Below, one piece after another: positions 58,311 through 64,000 of a stretch of 64,000 nucleotides of DNA. This DNA is from Heteronotia binoei. Lineage: Eukaryota. The translations under genes were made by a program, and so were the position numbers. Where the stretch lies: NCBI RefSeq assembly GCF_032191835.1, contig NC_083239.1, positions 40,114,001-40,178,000 on the forward strand, given 5' to 3'. The notes below the pieces were generated by a model. It was not told the DNA's origin. It did no database searches and saw only the letters and a program-made list of their open reading frames with translations. Numbering within the stretch: position 1 is the stretch's first letter; each line of letters starts with the position of its first letter.

Positions 58311-58590
58311 GAAGAGCCGGTTTGGTGTAGTGGTTAAGTGTGCGGACTCTTATCTGGGAGAACCGGGTTTGATTCCCCACTCCTCCACTTGCACCTGCTA
58401 GCATGGCCTTGGGTCAGCCATAGCTCTGGCAGAGGTTGTCCTTGAAAGGGCAGCTGCTGTGAGAGCCCTCTCCAGCCCCACCCACCTCACAGGGTGTCTG
58501 TTGTGGGGGAGGGAGATAAAGGAGATTGTGAGCTGCTCTGAGACTCTTCGGAGTGGAGGGCGGGATATAAATCCAATATCTTCTTCTTCT
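58311..58590 (+). mobile_element. tRNA-derived SINE (Squam3-like), young subfamily
   Basis: Full-length copy with intact A/B boxes and (ctt)n tail. Confidence 0.75.
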
Positions 58591-59949
58591 ACTGTTGGAC
58601 GTCATAGGTTGGCCCACTCTCACCCTGTCTTGGAAGTTAAACAGAATTGGCCCTGGCCGGGGCTTTTTTCTTTTGTAGCAGGAACTCCTTTGCATATTAG
58701 ACCACGCACCCCTGATGTAGCCAATCCTCCTGGAGCTTCCAGTAGGCCCTGTAAGAAGACCCCTGTAAACTCCTGGAGGATTGGCTACACAAGAGGGGTG
58801 TGGCCTAATCTGCAACGGAGTTCCTGCTACAAAAAGCGCTGGCCCTAACATTTGGATGGGAGATCTCCAAGGGATACCAGGGTCACGAAGTGGAGGCAGG
58901 CAACAGCAAAGCATCTCTGATGTCTCTTCTTGAAAACCCGATGGGGGTCACCATCAGTCAGCTGTGACCAGGGGTCGTTTTGTAGAAAAATAGGTGGTGG
59001 AGCTCATTAGCATAACTCATTAACATATGCCGCACCCCCCCCCCCCGCCAAAAGCAACCTGACACAAGAAAGGAGAGCCCTGGGCAAACAAGACCTGCTT
59101 GAGCCGGCTAGAGATCCAGTCAGCCCAAGCAGGCCTTGCTCACCTGGGGCTCTCCTTGGCCTCCCCCCCACCCCAGTCAAAAGGCCAGCAAGCCACCTGC
59201 TACTCAGAATCACATAAGAAGTGGAGAAAGGGTGGTGTGGGCTTCTCCAGGGGTTAATGAGGGCTGCTGGGGGTATGGCAAAGCCCCTGCTGGCTGGTTG
59301 GTTGGCTGCTCTCCTAATCTAGGGATTGTTATGCAGCTGCACCTACTATTCAATGGACAAGGTAGGTGGAGAGGTAGAGGGGGAACCCTCAGAAAGGTTC
59401 AGGAGCTGTGCTCCTGCTGAATCTGAGGCCTGGCTGTGACTTATCGGCACTTTCCACACAGACACACCAGAAAAAAGTTTTGCAAACATCATGTTGGATA
59501 TGGTGGCAGAAACATATGGATTGCTGGTATCTAATATTTGTAGGCAATGCTATTGGAATGGGGCCAAAGGAGTGCACACCACTGTTCGAGGTGGGGTGAG
59601 GAATCCTCAGATGGAATCTTCAGCTGTTAAGTAGTGCTTGGTCCCCATTGGAAAGACAGGGCATCAATGAACCAACTAGATAGCAGCTTAATGGCTACCG
59701 ATTGCCAGTCTCCTGAGGACTGTGGTTTGCTGGGAGGGTAGGTGCCGAGGCTTTGGCTGGAGATCCTTTGCCCGTGTTGTGGTCTGCCACCTCTGTGAGG
59801 ACTAGCCACAGCCTTTCCCTCCCTCCTCTTTATTGCTGCTTCCCCTTTAGGTGAAATCTAGCCCCTTTCTCTCTTGGGTCACACAAGGTCCGTAACGGTG
59901 TATCACTGTAGCATACCAGACTAATTACACCACTCTGAGACTCCTTAAG

Positions 59950-60240
59950 GTAAAGAAAAGGAAAGGTCCCCTGTGCAAGCACCAGTCATTTCTGACTTTG
60001 GGGTGACGTCACGACAGACTTTTTATGGGGTGGTTTGCCATTGCCTTCCCCAGTCTTTTACACTTCCCCCCCAGCAAGCCGGGTACTCATTTTACTGACC
60101 TCAGAAGGATGGAACGCTGAGTCAATCTTGGCCAGCTATTTGAACCAGCCTTCGCTGGGATAGAACTCAGGTCGTGAGCAGAGAGTTCAGATCACAGTAC
60201 TGCAGTACCGCTGCTTTACCACTCTGCGCCACGGGGCCGC
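59950..60240 (-). mobile_element. Sauria SINE
   Basis: Reverse-complement copy. Confidence 0.75.
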
Positions 60241-62601
60241 GAAGGTAGAGAAAACAGGGGTATAAAAACCCAATCTACTTTTTCTCTCACATCCTCCTAA
60301 TAACAGAGATGCCAGTGTCCCTGTCCATTGCTATAACTGTCACAGCATCTCTTGCCCCCCCCCCCCCGTTGCCCTTGCACGGTATATAGTAGGGGTGGCC
60401 ACGCAGAATAAACATCAGATGTTTGAGAGCCGCAAGACATGAGTGTCAGATGTTTGAGAGAGGAAGGCAGGCAGGCAAACAGATGGGATGTAGAAAGGGG
60501 TCCTGAAAAGAAGAATACTTGATATGTTGATTATTCACTGGGTCTATGTAGGGCAGGGGGTCCCCAGAATGTAGCCCCTAGATGTCTCTAGCACCTACCA
60601 TGCATTTTCAGGAAGGTGGCAGGTCTTTGGGGCATGTTGTGATTTGCTGTGGAAAGAAAACTGTTTTTAGCAGTGGAAGCCGCAGCACAGGGGTTTTCTC
60701 TCAGGAACAGCTGTTGTTCTCATTCCTATGGGAGTATGGTGGGGGGGGGGGGGTAGGATTCTTTTCCTCCTGAGCAGCCGTGCCTGAGAGGAAACAAGGC
60801 TAACAAGCTTGTAGCTGGCTCCGCCTCTTCCGGCAGCCATTCTGTGCTTGGCTCTGCCTCTTCCAGCAGCCATTTTGCGTTTGCGCAAACCACCCTTTTG
60901 TCAATATCGCAAAGGTGCCCACAGGCTGAAAAATGTTGGGAACCCCAATGTAGGCAGTGGAAACAAGAAGTAAGACCCCCATGATGGGATGCAGAGAGTG
61001 CCAGCAAGAATTGCTGTGGTGAGTAAAATTAAGAAAAAAGTGCAAAAATCAGAGAAACAAAAGTCAGAGATGAAACAAGTACTTTCCTAAATTAGTACAC
61101 CAGGAATATTTCTCTCTGTGTGTACATGCTGGTTTGGGTTTTAACGTGTTTGGGGATGTATTTTTATACCTGTCTGAGCCCATTATGGGGAGGGTGGGAT
61201 ATAAATCTAATAAATAGAAATGTTGTTAATGGAAATAAATTAATGAATCTTTGCTGCGACAAAACACCCAGTCGTTACGGAAAAAGTGATCAAAACGGTG
61301 AACATTTTAAGAAGTACTTTATTCGCATCACCTCTTGAAAACTAATCAGCCATGGTACAATCAGAAGAGGGGAAAAAAGAAATCTGCTACAAATATTCCT
61401 CACACTGAAAAATAAAAAACCCTCATTCCTGGTTTTCAAAATATATTTTCTCACATTATTAAACAAAAACGCATAAGGAATATTTTACCATCTATGTATG
61501 TCTCACTATTCTTTCTAAATCAGTAATTCTTTATAAGGATCATATGGTGTGCGGGGACTGCTATTTACATATTGGGGGCATTCAGGAGGGGCATGGAAGA
61601 AGAACTGCTTTTATACGCCTCTCTTCACTTCCTGAAAGAGTTCTAGGGTAGTTTACAATCTCCTTCACTTCCTCTTTCTACAACAGACACCCCATAAGGT
61701 AGGTGAGGCTGAAAGAGCTCTTTTAAGAACTGCTCTTGAGAGAACAGTTCTGAGAGAATTGACTGACTCAAGGTCACCCAGCTGGCTGCATGTGGAGGAG
61801 GAGTGGGGAATCAAAACCTGGTTCTCCAGATTAGAATCCGCTGCTATGGACCACTCCACCACAGTTGGTTCTCACAGCTAGAGTGGCCCTTCTCACAACT
61901 TGTGGCGGCTTTCGAAAGCCAGCGAAGGAGAGCTCTTTTATACTCTCCACCCCACCCTGAAAATAAAATCCCAAATTCCAGATTTTTGTCTCTCCTCACC
62001 AAGACTTAAAAAAAAAGGCACCCAGTAGATAGGACTCAAAGTTAATACTAAAAAGTTGACAGATGGCTTTAAGGCACAAAAGATCCCCCAAACATGGAAA
62101 TTGGCTTTCACTGACTTGCATCCAGGGCTTATTATTGTAGCAGGAACTCCTTTGCATATTAGGCCATGCCCCCCTGATGTAGCCAATCCTCCAACAGCTT
62201 ACAGGACTCTTAGTACAGGGCCTAGTGTAAGCGCCCTGAGCCCACTATGGGGAGAGTGGGATATAAATCTAATAAAATAATAAAAATAAAATATGCAAAG
62301 GAGTTCCTGCTTCAAAAAAAGCCCTGCTTGCATCATGATAAGCAAACCCAGAACACAATTACGCAAAATAAGAGAAACCGTACAAATGTATTCCGCACGC
62401 ACAATTTTCATTGGTCACAAAAATAATTTCTTCTTGGTCCCTGGGTACCAAATCATTTTCAAGGCATGCGACCCTGACTGTTTTACATCATGCGGTCTAG
62501 AAACCTGGGATCTGTTTCAAACAGATGCAGACTTCTATGCCTGTCGACCGAGTCCCCTGCTTCCAGAACTGTGATCGCATCTGCCTCTAGATCGGCATCT
62601 T

Positions 62602-63762
62602 CTAGATCGGCATCTTCTCTTTGCCTTCCAGAGCTCTAGAGAGGACGTTTTGGGTATCTTTGGCGACGGCTGCTAGGCATCTATGCAACATGTAGTAGCT
62701 GGTAAAAAATGAAGGAACTCCTGCTAACAAGGAGCCGGCGTAGGGGTAGCGTTGCCACCAACAAATTTCCATCATTATCAGAACGGCTCCTAGAAGGTCG
62801 GGAAGTCTCCAAAGAATCAGGGGCATTAGCTTTCTGGACGTCATCACTGCCTGAAGAGCCGCCACTGGTTTGCCAACATCCCTCGCTAGAGCTGTGAGCG
62901 ACGGGACATCTAAGCCAAAGAATTGGTAGCACTGATTGCGGAACCTCACAAAGAAGAACATGGCGGCTGCGAACGAGATCCCAGGCAGGGGCAGCAAACC
63001 CAAAACCCCCGAGTAGAGGGCCGGGAGCAAAATCTTCCCCTTCATCGTGGCCTGCTTGTTCTCTAAGACGGGTGCAGAGAGGGAAGGTAGGCTGAAAATG
63101 AATGCTTGCCTCTTCAGCCACAAGAGGTCGTTATTTAGTTTCTCCCACAGGATGGGGAAGTCAAAGCTCTGGGGGTCCCAGTTGGACACCAGGAAGACTT
63201 GGGGGTCGATCACGTTTTCGTTCAGCAAGCAGGTCACGCAGTCTTCCTTGATGCGTTGGAGGACCGTCCGGTCGTCGTAGCCCGACGGCTGCCGTCTCCG
63301 GGACGCCTCCACGTCGAGGTCCGTTTTGGCTCGTACGAAATAGAACCTCTTCCCCATCGCCTGGATGTCGTGGACCAGTTCAGCGTGGATGGTCCGGAAG
63401 CGCTGGTAGCCGACGATAATGAAGAAGTCATAGCACTTCAGGTCCTCTGGATTGGTGCGGGAGCCGAAAGATTCTTCTCTTCCGGGCAGGTCCCAGAGGA
63501 TGACCTGTGGAAGTGTCGGATGCGGGTAATCCTTGGCCTTCGTCGTCGTTGCTTGGATGCCGGTCTCTGCAGCACCCGGATCGCCTGGCTGTTTGCCCAG
63601 CATGCTGTTGACAAAGGAGGATTTCCCCGAGCCTGGCTCACCCACCACGGCGACATTGATTGGGGTGTTGCTAAAATACTGCAGCGGTTTCGCCTGCACC
63701 ACGGAGATGGCATCTGACAGCTTCCCCTGATGAATAGCGACCTGGAATTCTTCCATAGCCAT
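62602..63762 (-). CDS. Divergent immunity-related GTPase, 386 aa, single coding exon
   Basis: Acceptor ccttttctctgcag| about 15 nt before the ATG (MAMEEFQ). G1 GEPGSGKS, DLPG, RAKTD, VFLVS, full IRG-like C-terminus (FFGLDVPSL...TSYYMLHRCLAAVAKDTQNVL). Confidence 0.9.
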   Translation of the reverse strand: MAMEEFQVAIHQGKLSDAISVVQAKPLQYFSNTPINVAVVGEPGSGKSSFVNSMLGKQPGDPGAAETGIQATTTKAKDYPHPTLPQVILWDLPGREESFGSRTNPEDLKCYDFFIIVGYQRFRTIHAELVHDIQAMGKRFYFVRAKTDLDVEASRRRQPSGYDDRTVLQRIKEDCVTCLLNENVIDPQVFLVSNWDPQSFDFPILWEKLNNDLLWLKRQAFIFSLPSLSAPVLENKQATMKGKILLPALYSGVLGLLPLPGISFAAAMFFFVRFRNQCYQFFGLDVPSLTALARDVGKPVAALQAVMTSRKLMPLILWRLPDLLGAVLIMMEICWWQRYPYAGSLLAGVPSFFTSYYMLHRCLAAVAKDTQNVLSRALEGKEKMPI

Positions 63763-64000
63763 AGATTAGGATGCTCTGCAGAGAAAAGGAGGGAAGTTTT
63801 AGCTTCGCTGATTCCTAAGGTTGTTTTAAAGAGAAGAAATTTTTCTGCTATACATTTTTTTAAAAAAAAATAATTATTTACGGTATTTAAAGTCCACCTT
63901 TCTTTCCGGGACTCAAAGAGGATTATACAGGTGAGTCAATAAGATCAACAGGATGGGATGTCCAATAAACAGTCCGACAGGTTTAAGGTGGAAATCTAAA

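Overview
Vertebrate genomic DNA. The repeat content (Sauria SINEs, a second tRNA-derived SINE with an L2-type tail, CR1, L2, Penelope-like elements, hAT MITEs) points to a squamate reptile, probably a gecko; this is inferred from repeat families and not confirmed. Left part (0.6-11 kb): a 19-finger KRAB zinc-finger gene in which two complete duplicated 5' cassettes (ATG exon + KRAB-A exon) can each splice in frame to one finger exon. 11.7-16.5 kb: a fossil hAT transposase carrying nested insertions, including a young ~900-bp Penelope-like palindrome with two oppositely oriented hammerhead ribozyme motifs. 30-64 kb: a cluster of five immunity-related GTPase (IRG/p47, IIGP1/IRGC-like) units, several with ISRE/GAS-type promoter motifs. 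The five are one canonical full-length gene, two G-domain-only units that can splice in frame into a tandem double-GTPase (the second has a nonsense codon), and two divergent minus-strand paralogues lacking the catalytic switch-I glutamate, one with a C-terminus shortened by three in-frame deletions. All splice models and motif calls were made by eye; no database searches were run.
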